Positions 1 to 10,458 of a stretch of DNA of 49,816 nt are shown here, piece by piece. The first letter of the stretch is position 1. Every line of letters begins with the position of its first letter. The notes beneath the pieces were generated by a model, which saw only the letters and a program-made list of their open reading frames with translations, made no database searches and was not told where the DNA came from. This DNA comes from Citrobacter phage Stevie, in the sequence record KM236241.1. One strand, written 5' to 3'. A program made the translations under genes and the position numbers.

Positions 1-16
1 TGCAACGCCAAAAGAT

Positions 17-40
17 AACCCGCCTTGCGCGGGTTTTTTT
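17..40 (+). terminator. Rho-independent terminator upstream of the terminase operon
   Basis: CCCGC-cttgc-GCGGG followed by TTTTTTT. Confidence 0.8.
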
Positions 41-56
41 GTGCATACAATTTAGC

Positions 57-62
57 TATAAT
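57..62 (+). promoter_or_regulatory. Possible -10 box (TATAAT) upstream of terminase small subunit
   Basis: Perfect TATAAT 26 bp upstream of the start codon; no clear -35. Confidence 0.4.
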
Positions 63-87
63 CACGCATCAACAGGAGGATTTTATT

Positions 88-612
88 ATGGCTAAAAAAA
101 CAGAAGCGCCAGCGGCGGAAAGTCTAAACTTTAAAAAGTTATGGAATAAGCGATATTCCGATCTGGTAGGTAGTGAGATTGATAAACGCGCAACGCTAAC
201 GCCTGAACAAGTCATGAACCTGATTGTTCAGTATTTTGAGTGGGCGGAGCTAAACGCCATTAAAGCAGGTGAAACGGCATCCTTTCAGGGTCGAGTGTAT
301 CAGGATACGATTCACAAGCCGCGTATTTTCACATGGGAAGGGTTAAAGCTGTTTTGCGGTTTTTCCGGCACAGCACTAGCAAAGTGGAAACTTAAACCAG
401 GCTATGATGTTGTTATTGAGTTTGCGGAATCGGTAATCAAAGAACAAAAATACCAGTTAGCTGCAAACGGAATGATTAACAGCACCATGATCGCAAAAGA
501 GCTTGGCATTGATAAAGGCGACACGTTCAATATTAGCGCCAATGCAAAAGAGCAAGACAATACAGAAGAAGCGATGAAAAACGCAGTCGCAAGCGTCCTA
601 AGCAAGATTTAA
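88..612 (+). CDS. Terminase small subunit
   Basis: ORF with AGGAGG RBS, start ATG at 88, directly upstream of the terminase large subunit; position plus DNA-binding-like protein. Confidence 0.75.
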   Translation: MAKKTEAPAAESLNFKKLWNKRYSDLVGSEIDKRATLTPEQVMNLIVQYFEWAELNAIKAGETASFQGRVYQDTIHKPRIFTWEGLKLFCGFSGTALAKWKLKPGYDVVIEFAESVIKEQKYQLAANGMINSTMIAKELGIDKGDTFNISANAKEQDNTEEAMKNAVASVLSKI

Positions 613-623
613 AGGTGAATGCT

Positions 624-2195
624 ATGTTGATTTGGGAAGATTTAACAAAACTTGAAAAGCTGGCTATTAAGGAATTAAGCACACACGATTTTGATACTTT
701 CGTTAAAATCTGGTTCCCGATCCAGCAGGGCGAAAAATGGATTCCTAACTGGCATCACCTTTATATTGCAAGGGCAATTGATGAAATTATTGAAGGTGTG
801 CGCAAAGATACCATTTTTAACGTAACACCAGGTTCAGGCAAAACCGAATTACTTTCGATCCACTTTCCGCCTTATTCATATTTGAAATTGAACAAGGTGC
901 GAAATCTGAATATTTCGTTTGCTGATACACTGGTTAAACGTAACAGCAAGCGTGTGCGCGATCTGGTTAACTCGCGAGAATGGCAAGAGCTTTACCCCGC
1001 AAAAACTGGTACAAGCAAGGATGATGAATTTCAGATCCTTAATGACGCTGGCAAAGTTCGCCTGGAAATGATTAGTAAATCAATGGGCGGTCAGATTACT
1101 GGTAGCCGTGGCGGTTACATTACGCCTGGCGTTTATTCAGGTTGCGTAACTCTTGACGATCCAGAAAAGCCAGATGATATGTTTTCGAAGGTGAAACGTG
1201 AGCGCGGTCAAATGATCGCAAAGAACACCATTCGATCACGTCGCGCACATTCAGAAACGCCGATTATCGTTATTCAGCAGCGCCTACACGCGCAGGATAT
1301 GACCTGGTTTCTGATGAATGGCGGAATGGGTATTGAATTTGACCAGATATCAATTCCGGCGATGGTTACAGAGGAATACGGGAAATCGCTTCCTGATTGG
1401 TTGCAGCCGCACTTTGAAAAGGATGTGCTTTCGTCTGAATACATCGTTATTGACGGCGTAAAGTATTATTCTTTTTGGCCTAGCAAGGAAAGCATTCATG
1501 ACTTGAAAGCGCTACGCGATGCGGATTTGTACACGTTCCTTTCTCAGTATCAGCAAGAGCCAATTGCTCTTGGCGGTAACGCAATTAACGTTGGATGGTT
1601 CCAGTATTACGGAACCGGAGAAAAATCAACGATGCCAAAACCGGATCGCTTTGATTATACGTTTATTACAGCAGATACCGCTCAGAAAGAAGGTGAGCTA
1701 AACGACTACAGCGTTTTATGTTATTGGGGCATGTTCAAAGGCCGTATATATTTTATTGACGGTGTGCGCGGAAAATGGGAAGCGCCAATGTTAGAAACTC
1801 AGTTTAAAGCGTTTGTTAAACAGTGCTGGAACCGTAACAAAGAATGCGGAAACTTGCGTAAAATTTACGTGGAAGATAAAGCGAGCGGTACAGGTTTGAT
1901 CCAGAATTGCCGCAAAGCATTTCCGATAGAAATTACGCCAGTGCAACGCGATAAAGACAAAGTAACGCGCTGCATGGACGCTCAGCCAGTGATCAAGAAT
2001 GGTTATGTTGTATTGCCTGAATCGCATCACATGCTTGCTGAATTTCTGGCAGAGGCGGCGGCATTCACTTATGATGATAGCCATCCTCATGATGATATTA
2101 TGGATAACCTTTTTGATGCGGTTAATATTGAGCTTAACCTTGCTGATAATGCGGTTGATAGAATGAAGCGTTTAGCTGGATTAGCGAAGCGTTAA
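624..2195 (+). CDS. Terminase large subunit
   Basis: Walker A-like VTPGSGKTEL, Walker B-like region CVTLDDPE, nuclease-like C-terminus; alternative GTG start at 615. Confidence 0.95.
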   Translation: MLIWEDLTKLEKLAIKELSTHDFDTFVKIWFPIQQGEKWIPNWHHLYIARAIDEIIEGVRKDTIFNVTPGSGKTELLSIHFPPYSYLKLNKVRNLNISFADTLVKRNSKRVRDLVNSREWQELYPAKTGTSKDDEFQILNDAGKVRLEMISKSMGGQITGSRGGYITPGVYSGCVTLDDPEKPDDMFSKVKRERGQMIAKNTIRSRRAHSETPIIVIQQRLHAQDMTWFLMNGGMGIEFDQISIPAMVTEEYGKSLPDWLQPHFEKDVLSSEYIVIDGVKYYSFWPSKESIHDLKALRDADLYTFLSQYQQEPIALGGNAINVGWFQYYGTGEKSTMPKPDRFDYTFITADTAQKEGELNDYSVLCYWGMFKGRIYFIDGVRGKWEAPMLETQFKAFVKQCWNRNKECGNLRKIYVEDKASGTGLIQNCRKAFPIEITPVQRDKDKVTRCMDAQPVIKNGYVVLPESHHMLAEFLAEAAAFTYDDSHPHDDIMDNLFDAVNIELNLADNAVDRMKRLAGLAKR

Positions 2196-2248
2196 TGTGT
2201 AAAATCAAAGGCTGGAATATTCCGGCCTTTTTTATTATGGGGGTATTT

Positions 2249-3544
2249 ATGAGCGACAAGGTAAAGGCCATTACTAAAGAAGATGGTTACAACGAAATTT
2301 TCGGATCTAAAGATGGAACGTTTAGGCCAAATGCTTTTTACATGCAAAGTGCGGCATTTAAAACGTTATCGCAATTTTATGAAGAAGATGGAATGGCGCG
2401 GCGCATTGTCGATGTTATTCCAGAAGAAATGGTAACGCCTGGTTTTAAAGTTGACGGCGTGAAAAATGAAAAGTCTTTTAAATCGCGTTGGGATGAATTG
2501 CGATTAAATGCTAAAATTATTGATGCGCTTTCATGGTCGCGTTTATTTGGCGGTTCTGCAATTCTTGCTGTTGTTGCTGATAACAGAATGCTGAAATCAC
2601 CTGTAAAGCCTGGTGCACAACTTGAAGATATTCGCGTGTATGATCGCTATCAGATCACCATTCATGAACGTGAAACTAATGCGCGGAGTGTTCGTTACGG
2701 TGAGCCAAAACTTTATAAGATCTCACCTGGCGGAGATATACCGGAATTCTTTGTTCATTACTCGCGTATTTGCATCATTGATGGTGAGCGCGTATCGAAT
2801 GAAAAACGCAGTCAAAATGATGGTTGGGGCGCAAGCATTTTAAACAAGCGTTTGATTGAGGCGATTATTGATTATAACTATTGCCATGAATTAGCAACGC
2901 AATTGCTACGCAGAAAACAACAAGCAGTATGGAAAGCGCGTGATCTGGCTTTGATGTGCGACGATGAAGAAGGGCGCTATGCGGCGCGTTTGCGTTTGGC
3001 TCAGGTTGATGACGAAAGCGGAGTTGGTAAGGCAATTGGTATTGATGCCACAGATGAAGAATATGAGGTTCTCAATTCTGACGTTTCCGGCGTTCCAGAG
3101 TTCTTACAGGAAAAGATTGATCGAATTGTTGCACTAACTGGCATTCATGAAATCATCCTCAAAAATAAGAACACTGGCGGCGTTTCAGCGAGTCAAAACA
3201 CGGCGCTAGAGACTTTCTATAAGTTAATTGATCGCAAGCGCGGAGAGGATTATAAGCCGATTCTTGAATTCCTTTTGCCGTTCATGATCTCAGAAGCGGA
3301 ATGGTCGATTGAATTCGAGCCGTTAAGCGTTCCGAGTGATAAGGATAAAGCTGAAATCATGGCTAAAAACGTTGAGTCAATCGTTAAGCTGAAAGCAGAG
3401 CAAGCGATCGATCTTAAAGAAACGCGAGATACTTTGCGATCAATCTGCCCTGACATTAAAATTAGTGATGGTGACAACATTGAACTACCAGATCCAGAAG
3501 AACAGGAACCGGAACCAGGAACGGAGGAATTAAACAATGAATGA
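2249..3544 (+). CDS. Portal protein (DUF1073-type)
   Basis: Position after TerL; sequence style DGMARRIVDVIPEEMVTPGF...SRLFGGSAIL typical of DUF1073 portals. Confidence 0.85.
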   Translation: MSDKVKAITKEDGYNEIFGSKDGTFRPNAFYMQSAAFKTLSQFYEEDGMARRIVDVIPEEMVTPGFKVDGVKNEKSFKSRWDELRLNAKIIDALSWSRLFGGSAILAVVADNRMLKSPVKPGAQLEDIRVYDRYQITIHERETNARSVRYGEPKLYKISPGGDIPEFFVHYSRICIIDGERVSNEKRSQNDGWGASILNKRLIEAIIDYNYCHELATQLLRRKQQAVWKARDLALMCDDEEGRYAARLRLAQVDDESGVGKAIGIDATDEEYEVLNSDVSGVPEFLQEKIDRIVALTGIHEIILKNKNTGGVSASQNTALETFYKLIDRKRGEDYKPILEFLLPFMISEAEWSIEFEPLSVPSDKDKAEIMAKNVESIVKLKAEQAIDLKETRDTLRSICPDIKISDGDNIELPDPEEQEPEPGTEELNNE

Positions 3545-4277
3545 TGTCTCATGGAGATTTCCAGAGGCAACGAGGCGCGACGTTGATCGCGCCTTACAAT
3601 TGCTTGTGAGGGATCTTGTTGTAAGAATTCGCCGTAACACAAAGCGCCTTAAATTTGATGATCAGGTTAGTGAAGCGGCGGCAGATAATGAATCATACGC
3701 AGAGGAATTAATTTCCGCATTCATTGCGCTACTGCCAACTTTCGCGCTATCCATCTATAAATTCAACTCAAAGGAATTTATCAGGATCGCAAATAAGACG
3801 GGAGGCAAGAATAATTTAGCCGTCATGTTGCTGATTGGTCGAGGTGCTAACGCTGGTGAATCGTGGTACGCGCCTAAATATCATGTATGGCGGCAAATGG
3901 TGCGCGACTCTATCAGAAAGATGGTTGACAATATTCTTGACGATTGGGAGATGCAAGTAAGGTTAGCCGAATTGCACGAAGCGGATCAGAAAAGACTAAA
4001 TGCAATTATCGAAAGGCGATTTAAGGTATATAAAAATTGGGCGTCCCGTCGCACTTCTGGTATAGTTGGCGCTTGGAATAGCGTGTTAATGTATCAGCGT
4101 TGCGTTGATGCTGGCGTTACCCATTATATTTGGCGCGGTCAGTTAGATGATCGCGAGCGTGAAAAACATTTGATGTGGGAAAAGAAACGGATCGCCTTAA
4201 CATCCAATCATGTTTTTCCTGGTGAGGAATTTAATTGTCGTTGTTGGGCGCAGCCGGATTGGGAGACAGCAAAATGA
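3537..4277 (+). CDS. Head morphogenesis protein (MuF/SPP1 gp7-like)
   Basis: Follows portal; C-terminal HVFPGEEFNCRCWAQP resembles the MuF-type motif. Confidence 0.75.
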   Translation: MNDVSWRFPEATRRDVDRALQLLVRDLVVRIRRNTKRLKFDDQVSEAAADNESYAEELISAFIALLPTFALSIYKFNSKEFIRIANKTGGKNNLAVMLLIGRGANAGESWYAPKYHVWRQMVRDSIRKMVDNILDDWEMQVRLAELHEADQKRLNAIIERRFKVYKNWASRRTSGIVGAWNSVLMYQRCVDAGVTHYIWRGQLDDREREKHLMWEKKRIALTSNHVFPGEEFNCRCWAQPDWETAK

Positions 4278-5383
4278 AAAAAGTGCAACGTTTTGATAGC
4301 GTTAGAGTAAAAGCGCATTTTGATGAACATGGTTTTTTAGTTGATCGTCCTATTGTGGCGCGAATTGGTTTGCAGATTTACCAAACGCCATTTGGAGAGC
4401 GTAGAGAATTCAGGCCAGCAAGTGAAGTATTCAAGGCTGATTCACTGGCAACTTACGCAGGAAAACCAATCACAGTAGGTCACGTAACTGTAACGCCGGA
4501 AAATGCGCGTGATGTTGTAGTTGGTACTTGTTCAGGCGCTGGCATTCCAAATGGGATCGGAGTTGAAGCACCTTTGAATATTTACGCAAAGGATGCAATT
4601 GAAAGCGCGAAGAAAAAACAAACGGCTGAAATTAGCGTTGGTTATACGTCTATTGATATTGATAAGCCTGGTTATGGATCTAATGAAACTGGTGAATACA
4701 TCTTTGAAGAAGATCTAAAAGAAGATGAACAGCCACCGGAAGGATGGGTAAAATTTGATGCGCTGCAAACAAGCATTAGCGTTAACCATATTGCGTTAGT
4801 GTTTAAGGGTCGCGCTGGCATTGCAAAATTGAATCTTGATAGCGAGCAGGAATTCCCGTATGATACTGACGTTAAATTAAATAAAGAGGACGAAGTTATG
4901 ACCGTTAAAATTAAACTGGATGGTGCTGTTGAATTTGACGTACCAAAAGAAGTTGCTACTTTTATCGAAACAGTGAAAGCAGACGCTACAGCGGCAAAAA
5001 CTAAAGCCGATAGCCTGGAAGCAGAGCGCGATGCGCTACAGGCGAAAGTTGACGGCATTCCGGCGCAGATTGAAGAAGCTGTGAAAAAAGCAAAAGCTGA
5101 CGCTGATGAACATGCCGCGCTGGTCGCTACCGCTTCCGAAGTTGGCGTAAAATGCGACGGCCTAACCGCCAAAGAAATTAAGATCGCATATGTGAAAGAG
5201 GTCATGGGTAATGACATTAGCGCAAAGGCTGATGCATATATTGATACCGCTTTTGATATCGCGAAAGAATCTGATAAAATGGCGGCTCAACGTATCGCAT
5301 TAAAAGGCGATGCAGCAAAAAACAAACAGGATGCAGCGGAAACCATTCTTGATCCTTCCGCACGTCTGAATAAAGCTAAGTAA
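4274..5383 (+). CDS. DUF2213-like head protein, possibly prohead protease/scaffold
   Basis: GKPITVGHVTVTPENARDVVVGTCSG N-terminal domain followed by a coiled-coil Ala/Lys-rich C-terminal region. Confidence 0.65.
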   Translation: MKKVQRFDSVRVKAHFDEHGFLVDRPIVARIGLQIYQTPFGERREFRPASEVFKADSLATYAGKPITVGHVTVTPENARDVVVGTCSGAGIPNGIGVEAPLNIYAKDAIESAKKKQTAEISVGYTSIDIDKPGYGSNETGEYIFEEDLKEDEQPPEGWVKFDALQTSISVNHIALVFKGRAGIAKLNLDSEQEFPYDTDVKLNKEDEVMTVKIKLDGAVEFDVPKEVATFIETVKADATAAKTKADSLEAERDALQAKVDGIPAQIEEAVKKAKADADEHAALVATASEVGVKCDGLTAKEIKIAYVKEVMGNDISAKADAYIDTAFDIAKESDKMAAQRIALKGDAAKNKQDAAETILDPSARLNKAK

Positions 5384-5395
5384 GGAGAAAATATT

Positions 5396-5875
5396 ATGGC
5401 TCAGATTTCAGCAAGTTATCATGTTGCAATGGCTCGCGCCTTGCCTGGTCAAGTTTCTGACACTTCCGCGTATAACATCGACGGCGCTTGTGTTCTTGAT
5501 GGTGATGCCGGATCAACAATTTATGTTGGCGTTGGTGTTCAACATGGCGGAGTTAGCGCAAGCGGTGAGAAATTAATTAAGGCTATGGCGGCGTCTGGTA
5601 ATGCTTATGGTGTTGCTATTCGATCCAACTTCCAGACCACATCTAAAGATGGTCGCATGGTTTATGAGGCTGGTAGCGGAATTAACGTAATGACTAAAGG
5701 GCGCGTTTGGATGTTATCTGTAGAGTCGAAAGCGCCAGCATTCAAAACAGCTATCAAACTTGATAATTCAGGACAGGTTGATTTAACGTCTGGATTAATT
5801 GAAACCACTTGGATCGCAACTGGAGACTTTACGGAATTCCAAGGTCTAAAACTCGTTGAGGTTCAACTGGTATAA
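5396..5875 (+). CDS. Head decoration/structural cement-like protein
   Basis: Small protein between the prohead gene and the major capsid gene; beta-rich sequence. Confidence 0.55.
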   Translation: MAQISASYHVAMARALPGQVSDTSAYNIDGACVLDGDAGSTIYVGVGVQHGGVSASGEKLIKAMAASGNAYGVAIRSNFQTTSKDGRMVYEAGSGINVMTKGRVWMLSVESKAPAFKTAIKLDNSGQVDLTSGLIETTWIATGDFTEFQGLKLVEVQLV

Positions 5876-5882
5876 TAATAAG

Positions 5883-5904
5883 GCCGGATTATTCCGGCCT
5901 TTTA
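5883..5904 (+). terminator. Hairpin/attenuator between the two cement-like genes
   Basis: GGCCGGA-tta-TTCCGGCC followed by TTTT. Confidence 0.55.
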
Positions 5905-5918
5905 TATATGGTGGTTTT

Positions 5919-6359
5919 ATGTCTGATTACGGTTCTATAATAGGTATAGTTGAAAATGGGTGCTTGGTAGATTCAAGCCTTTATAATATAGATGGCTCGC
6001 CAGTTATGGATGTTTCAGCCGTGATAGGTAAGGCCGTATGTGTTGATCGCATATCTTGCGGTTACAAAATAATCAGCCACAATTTTAATGAAAACTCAAA
6101 TCATTACGGAATCGTTACGCGTGATTATATGGATTTTTGCAAAGAATATTACGACGCCGGAGATCCGGTTAACGTAATAACTCATGGTAGAATTTGGGTA
6201 ATCACTCAGGACGAACATGATATTCCATCGTATAAAGATCCTGTTTTTGTTAAAGACAATGGCTCTATATCAACAAGTGGATTTCCTACCAGTTGGTTTT
6301 TTACTGGCGAATACGTAAGATATTCACACGGATATATTTTACTATCAGTTCAGTTGTAG
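5919..6359 (+). CDS. Diverged paralogue of the 5396..5875 cement-like protein
   Basis: Shared pattern YNIDG...V.D, YG...R, VNV.T.GR.W, NG....SG....W..TG., final VQL. Confidence 0.55.
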   Translation: MSDYGSIIGIVENGCLVDSSLYNIDGSPVMDVSAVIGKAVCVDRISCGYKIISHNFNENSNHYGIVTRDYMDFCKEYYDAGDPVNVITHGRIWVITQDEHDIPSYKDPVFVKDNGSISTSGFPTSWFFTGEYVRYSHGYILLSVQL

Positions 6360-6448
6360 TGTGCTAACACAAAAAACACTTGAACGTTTAACAAAAAATG
6401 CTATATTAAAGCCGTTATTATGACGACTTTTCTATGAGGGAAAATATT

Positions 6449-7423
6449 ATGTCTAAAGAAATGAAATATGATGAATTTGAAGCAAACGTGATCGCAAACC
6501 ATATGCAGTTACGCGGCGCTAAAAACGACGCATCTGATATGGGTATTTGGACGGCTCAAGAGCTTCATAAAATTAAGGCTCAAGCCTATGAGAAAGAATA
6601 TCCGGCAGGTTCCGCGCTGCGTGTATTCCCTGTAACGTCAGAACTTTCTGATACAGATAAAACCTTTGAATATCAGACTTTCGACAAAGTAGGACACGCA
6701 AAAATCATCGCTGATTACACTGATGATCTGCCAACTGTTGACGCGCTGATGACTTCTGAATTCGGTAAAGTGTTCCGTCTTGGTAATGCGTTCCTGATTT
6801 CCATTGACGAAATCAAAGCAGGTCAACGCACTGGCAAGAGCCTTTCCACTCGCAAGGCCAACGCCGCACAGAATGCGCATGATCAGCTTGTAAATCACCT
6901 GGTTTTCAAAGGTTCTAAACCGCATAAAATTATCAGCGTGTTTGATCATCCAAACCTGACAACTATCAACTCCGCAGGTTGGAACAACGCCGCAGGTACT
7001 GGTAAAAAGCCGGAAACCGCACAGGATGAATTAGAGCAAGCGATTGAAAAAATCGAAACGCTGACAAACGGGCAGCACCGCGCTAATATGATCCTGATCC
7101 CGCCGTCAATGCGTAAAGTTCTGATGGTTCGTATGCCGGAAACAACCATGAGCTATCTTGATTATTTCAAGCAGCAGAATGGCGGTATCACTATCGAATC
7201 CATTTCAGAGCTTGAGGATATCGACGGTGCAGGCACTAAAGCGGCGCTGGTTTACGAAAAAGATCCGATGAACATGAGCATTGAGATTCCAGAAGCGTTT
7301 AACATGCTTACCGCGCAACCTAAAGACCTGCATTTCAAAGTGCCTTGCACCTCTAAATGCACTGGTCTGACGATTTACCGTCCGTTGACGCTTGTTCTGA
7401 TTAAAGGTCTTGTAGTAGGCTGA
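6449..7423 (+). CDS. Major capsid protein (DUF2184-like)
   Basis: Size, position, MANMILIPPSMRKVL...LDYFKQQNGG...AGTKAALVYEKDPMNMSIEIPEAF motif style. Confidence 0.85.
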   Translation: MSKEMKYDEFEANVIANHMQLRGAKNDASDMGIWTAQELHKIKAQAYEKEYPAGSALRVFPVTSELSDTDKTFEYQTFDKVGHAKIIADYTDDLPTVDALMTSEFGKVFRLGNAFLISIDEIKAGQRTGKSLSTRKANAAQNAHDQLVNHLVFKGSKPHKIISVFDHPNLTTINSAGWNNAAGTGKKPETAQDELEQAIEKIETLTNGQHRANMILIPPSMRKVLMVRMPETTMSYLDYFKQQNGGITIESISELEDIDGAGTKAALVYEKDPMNMSIEIPEAFNMLTAQPKDLHFKVPCTSKCTGLTIYRPLTLVLIKGLVVG

Positions 7424-7439
7424 TAATTCAATTAATATA

Positions 7440-7466
7440 GGGAACCGTTAAAGGTTCCCTTTTTTA
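7440..7466 (+). terminator. Rho-independent terminator after the major capsid gene
   Basis: GGGAACC-gttaaa-GGTTCCC followed by TTTTTT. Confidence 0.85.
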
Positions 7467-7483
7467 TATCTGGAGAAAAGCAA

Positions 7484-7756
7484 ATGGCTAAAGAAAAAGA
7501 AATTACACTGGTAAACACTGGCGTTGCACTTATTATTATTGATCGCGTTGACGTTATGCCTGGTAAAGAAATTACCGTTGCGGAAAGCGTGTTAGAGCGG
7601 CAGGGTACAAAATCACTGGTTGCCCAGGGCAAGCTAACCGTAAAAGATAACGGAGAGCTAAACGATAAGATCATTGAAGCGTTCAACGAAAAACGCAAGC
7701 CAAACCCAACCGAAGGCAAAAGCAAGGCACAGCTTGAGGAAGGCGGCGAGTATTAA
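7484..7756 (+). CDS. Small hypothetical head-region protein
   Basis: ORF in structural operon with RBS. Confidence 0.6.
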   Translation: MAKEKEITLVNTGVALIIIDRVDVMPGKEITVAESVLERQGTKSLVAQGKLTVKDNGELNDKIIEAFNEKRKPNPTEGKSKAQLEEGGEY

Positions 7757-7764
7757 TTAGAAAG

Positions 7765-7787
7765 GGCGCTCATGTAGCGCCTTTTTT
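7765..7787 (+). terminator. Terminator/attenuator
   Basis: GGCGCT-catgt-AGCGCC followed by TTTTTT. Confidence 0.7.
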
Positions 7788-7804
7788 ATTATGGAGAATA
7801 CACC

Positions 7805-8209
7805 ATGAATGATATTGAGATCCTAGAGCAAATTTATAAAATCGCGCCAGCATTCAAGAAAGTTGATCCTGAATTGATTCAGGCATGGATTGAACTGGCT
7901 AAAGATTTCGTTTGCGAAAAGCATTTCAAAGACAAATATTTCCGCGCTGTTGCTCTTTACACTTTGCACCTGATGACTCTTGACGGAGCTATGAAACAGG
8001 AAAGTGAGAGCGTAGAAAGCTACTCGCATCGTATAGCATCATTTTCCCTGACTGGTGAGTTTTCGCAAACGTTCAGCAAAGTTAGCGACGACACAAGCGG
8101 TAACACGTTGCGCCAAACTCCGTGGGGTAAAATGTACGAAGTTCTCAACAAGAAAAAAGGCGGCGGATTTGGCCTTACAACTGCATTTCATCGGAGGTGC
8201 TCACGATGA
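7805..8209 (+). CDS. DUF4054-like head-tail connector protein
   Basis: [36 protein letters not shown] followed by C-terminal GGGFG; position. Confidence 0.7.
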   Translation: MNDIEILEQIYKIAPAFKKVDPELIQAWIELAKDFVCEKHFKDKYFRAVALYTLHLMTLDGAMKQESESVESYSHRIASFSLTGEFSQTFSKVSDDTSGNTLRQTPWGKMYEVLNKKKGGGFGLTTAFHRRCSR

Positions 8210-8577
8210 ATTATGAACAAATCAGATCTATGGCATCGGCTGGAATTAATTTTTTTAGCGATGGAACTGGTGAATTTGATTGCATTACTCAACCTGGAAG
8301 CGTTGAAATTGTTGGCGGTATTGAGGTTGAAAAACCTGAAATAAAGGTGAAGATTAAAGGTCTTGTGAGAGCACCACGGAAGCGAGAAGTTGACGGAGAG
8401 GTAATTAGAGTTACCGACAAGTTAGGCGTTTTTAATTCTGATGTAGAGCTTAAAAACGGATATCAGATTGATATAGACGGCGAGCGTTATGTTATGGTTG
8501 AAACAAGACCAATCAGACCAACAAGCATTACCGTTGCTTACCGTCCAATAATGCGGAGGGTTGCGGTTCATGGCTGA
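8206..8577 (+). CDS. Head-tail joining/closure protein, hypothetical
   Basis: Position and ATGA-type overlap with the previous gene. Confidence 0.5.
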   Translation: MNYEQIRSMASAGINFFSDGTGEFDCITQPGSVEIVGGIEVEKPEIKVKIKGLVRAPRKREVDGEVIRVTDKLGVFNSDVELKNGYQIDIDGERYVMVETRPIRPTSITVAYRPIMRRVAVHG

Positions 8578-9010
8578 TTATTCGATCCGAGAATTTCATG
8601 GCGACGTTAACAAATGGATCGAGCAAGTAGAAAACGGCTTGAATGATGTGATTCAGATTTTTGGTGAAAAGGTTCACGGCGCATTAGTTGATATTGCGCC
8701 AGTTGATACAGGACGATTTAAAGCCAATATGCAGATCACAGCAAACAAGCCGCCACTTTACGCGCTTAACCAATATGATCGCGACGGTGAAAAAATAAAG
8801 GCAGAAGGGAGGCGAGCACTTTACGCATTATTGCATGGCGGCGGAGCTATCAAATCAATATACTTTTCCAATATGCTGATTTACGCTAATGCTCTTGAAT
8901 ATGGTCATTCAAAGCAAGCTCCAGCGGGGGTATTTGGTATCGTTGCGATCCGGCTGCGCTCTTACATGGCGGAAGCGATAAGGGAGGCGAGAAAGAAAAA
9001 TGCACTATGA
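8570..9010 (+). CDS. HK97 gp10-like tail completion protein
   Basis: ALVDIAPVDTGRFKANMQ motif. Confidence 0.75.
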   Translation: MADYSIREFHGDVNKWIEQVENGLNDVIQIFGEKVHGALVDIAPVDTGRFKANMQITANKPPLYALNQYDRDGEKIKAEGRRALYALLHGGGAIKSIYFSNMLIYANALEYGHSKQAPAGVFGIVAIRLRSYMAEAIREARKKNAL

Positions 9011-9389
9011 ATTATCTGTTGCGGCAAGAATGGCGCTGGCTCAAGAATACGAAAGCGAATATATGATCGCTTATGAAAACGTTGAATTTACGCCACCAAA
9101 AGGCGGAGGCATTTGGCTTAAATATGACTACAAAGAAGCAGATACAATAATTCATGATCTGAAAAGGAAATGCATTAGCTATATTGGAATGGTTCAGATC
9201 GGAATTGAATTCCCGCCAGGTTCAGGAATTGATAAGGCTCGCAAGCTGGCAAAAAATATTGCTGATTTCTTTGAAGATGGTAAAATGCTTTCGAATGGCT
9301 ATATTTCAGAAGGTGCAAAAGTGCATCCAGTTCAGAAATCAGAATCAGGCTGGTTTTATCCAGTACGTTTTTATGTTCGTTACGATTAA
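9000..9389 (+). CDS. Tail terminator-like protein (DUF4128-like)
   Basis: Size and position before tail tube; GMVQIGIEFPPGSG...ARKLAKNIADFFEDGK. Confidence 0.65.
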   Translation: MHYELSVAARMALAQEYESEYMIAYENVEFTPPKGGGIWLKYDYKEADTIIHDLKRKCISYIGMVQIGIEFPPGSGIDKARKLAKNIADFFEDGKMLSNGYISEGAKVHPVQKSESGWFYPVRFYVRYD

Positions 9390-9403
9390 TAAAGGGGGCT
9401 ATT

Positions 9404-10066
9404 ATGCACTTACCTAACGGAGCACAGATTTTTATTGAGAATACTCGCGCACAGGCAGTAAGCGCAACCAACGTTAGCAACGCTGAAAAACCGGAGTTCA
9501 CTGTTGCAAGTGGCGGAACTGACTTTAAAAAGGGTGATTACATTATCGTTACCGCCTCAAGTTGGGGTAAATTGCTTGATCGCGTTCTGCGTGTGACGGC
9601 GGCTGAAGAAACTAAGGTTACTGTTGAAGGTATCGACACAACCGATACTAACGTTTTCCCGGCTGGCGCTGTAACTGCGAGCTTTGCGAAAATCAACGGT
9701 TGGACAGAGATCCCATGCGTACAGGACTTGGGGCAGGACGGAGGCGAGCAACAGTATTACAATTACCAGTGCTTGAGCGATGACCAGGAGCAGCAGTTAC
9801 CAACCTATAAAAGCGCGGTATCACTGACTTACACATTTGCGCATGAATACGATAACCCGATTTATCCGCTATTGCGTAAGGCTGACGAATCCGGCGACGT
9901 TAAAGCATTGCGCATGTATGTACCAAAAGCGAAAGAAATGCGCCTTTGGGCTGGTGTGCTTTCTTTCAACGAGATCCCACAAACGGCGGTAAACGAAATG
10001 GAAACCGTTTCTTTGTCGGTATCCCTGAAAGGTCGCTTTACTTTCCTCCCTGCTAACCAGGATTAA
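9404..10066 (+). CDS. Major tail tube protein
   Basis: Position between tail terminator and chaperones; beta-rich 220-aa protein. Confidence 0.75.
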   Translation: MHLPNGAQIFIENTRAQAVSATNVSNAEKPEFTVASGGTDFKKGDYIIVTASSWGKLLDRVLRVTAAEETKVTVEGIDTTDTNVFPAGAVTASFAKINGWTEIPCVQDLGQDGGEQQYYNYQCLSDDQEQQLPTYKSAVSLTYTFAHEYDNPIYPLLRKADESGDVKALRMYVPKAKEMRLWAGVLSFNEIPQTAVNEMETVSLSVSLKGRFTFLPANQD

Positions 10067-10137
10067 TATTAAGGGGCGCATTGCGTCCCTTTTTTATTTG
10101 ATGTAATATCACCTCAATATTTAACCACTCAGGAGAA

Positions 10138-10458
10138 ATGACAATGGCTAAAATGAAATTGACTCTTGCCCCGCTTCCAGATTTCAAACTTCCAGTTAAA
10201 TTTGTATTGCCGGATGGTAACGAGCAAAAAATTGTGTTTACCGTTAAGCATAAAAAGGCCAGCGAGATTCAAGAGCTTTACCAGAAAGAAGGTATTAAAG
10301 ATCCTGAATTCATCATGAATGTTGCCGTGGGTTGGGATCTGGAGGAAGAATTCAACGAAGAAAACGCGCAACTGTTAGTTGATTATTATCCTGGCGCGGC
10401 GCTGGCTCTTATGGGATCTTATTTAAGTGCGCTGGCAGGGCAACGCGTAAAAAACTAA
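10138..10458 (+). CDS. Tail assembly chaperone (G-like, unshifted product)
   Basis: Position and frameshift organisation upstream of the tape measure gene. Confidence 0.8.
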   Translation: MTMAKMKLTLAPLPDFKLPVKFVLPDGNEQKIVFTVKHKKASEIQELYQKEGIKDPEFIMNVAVGWDLEEEFNEENAQLLVDYYPGAALALMGSYLSALAGQRVKN

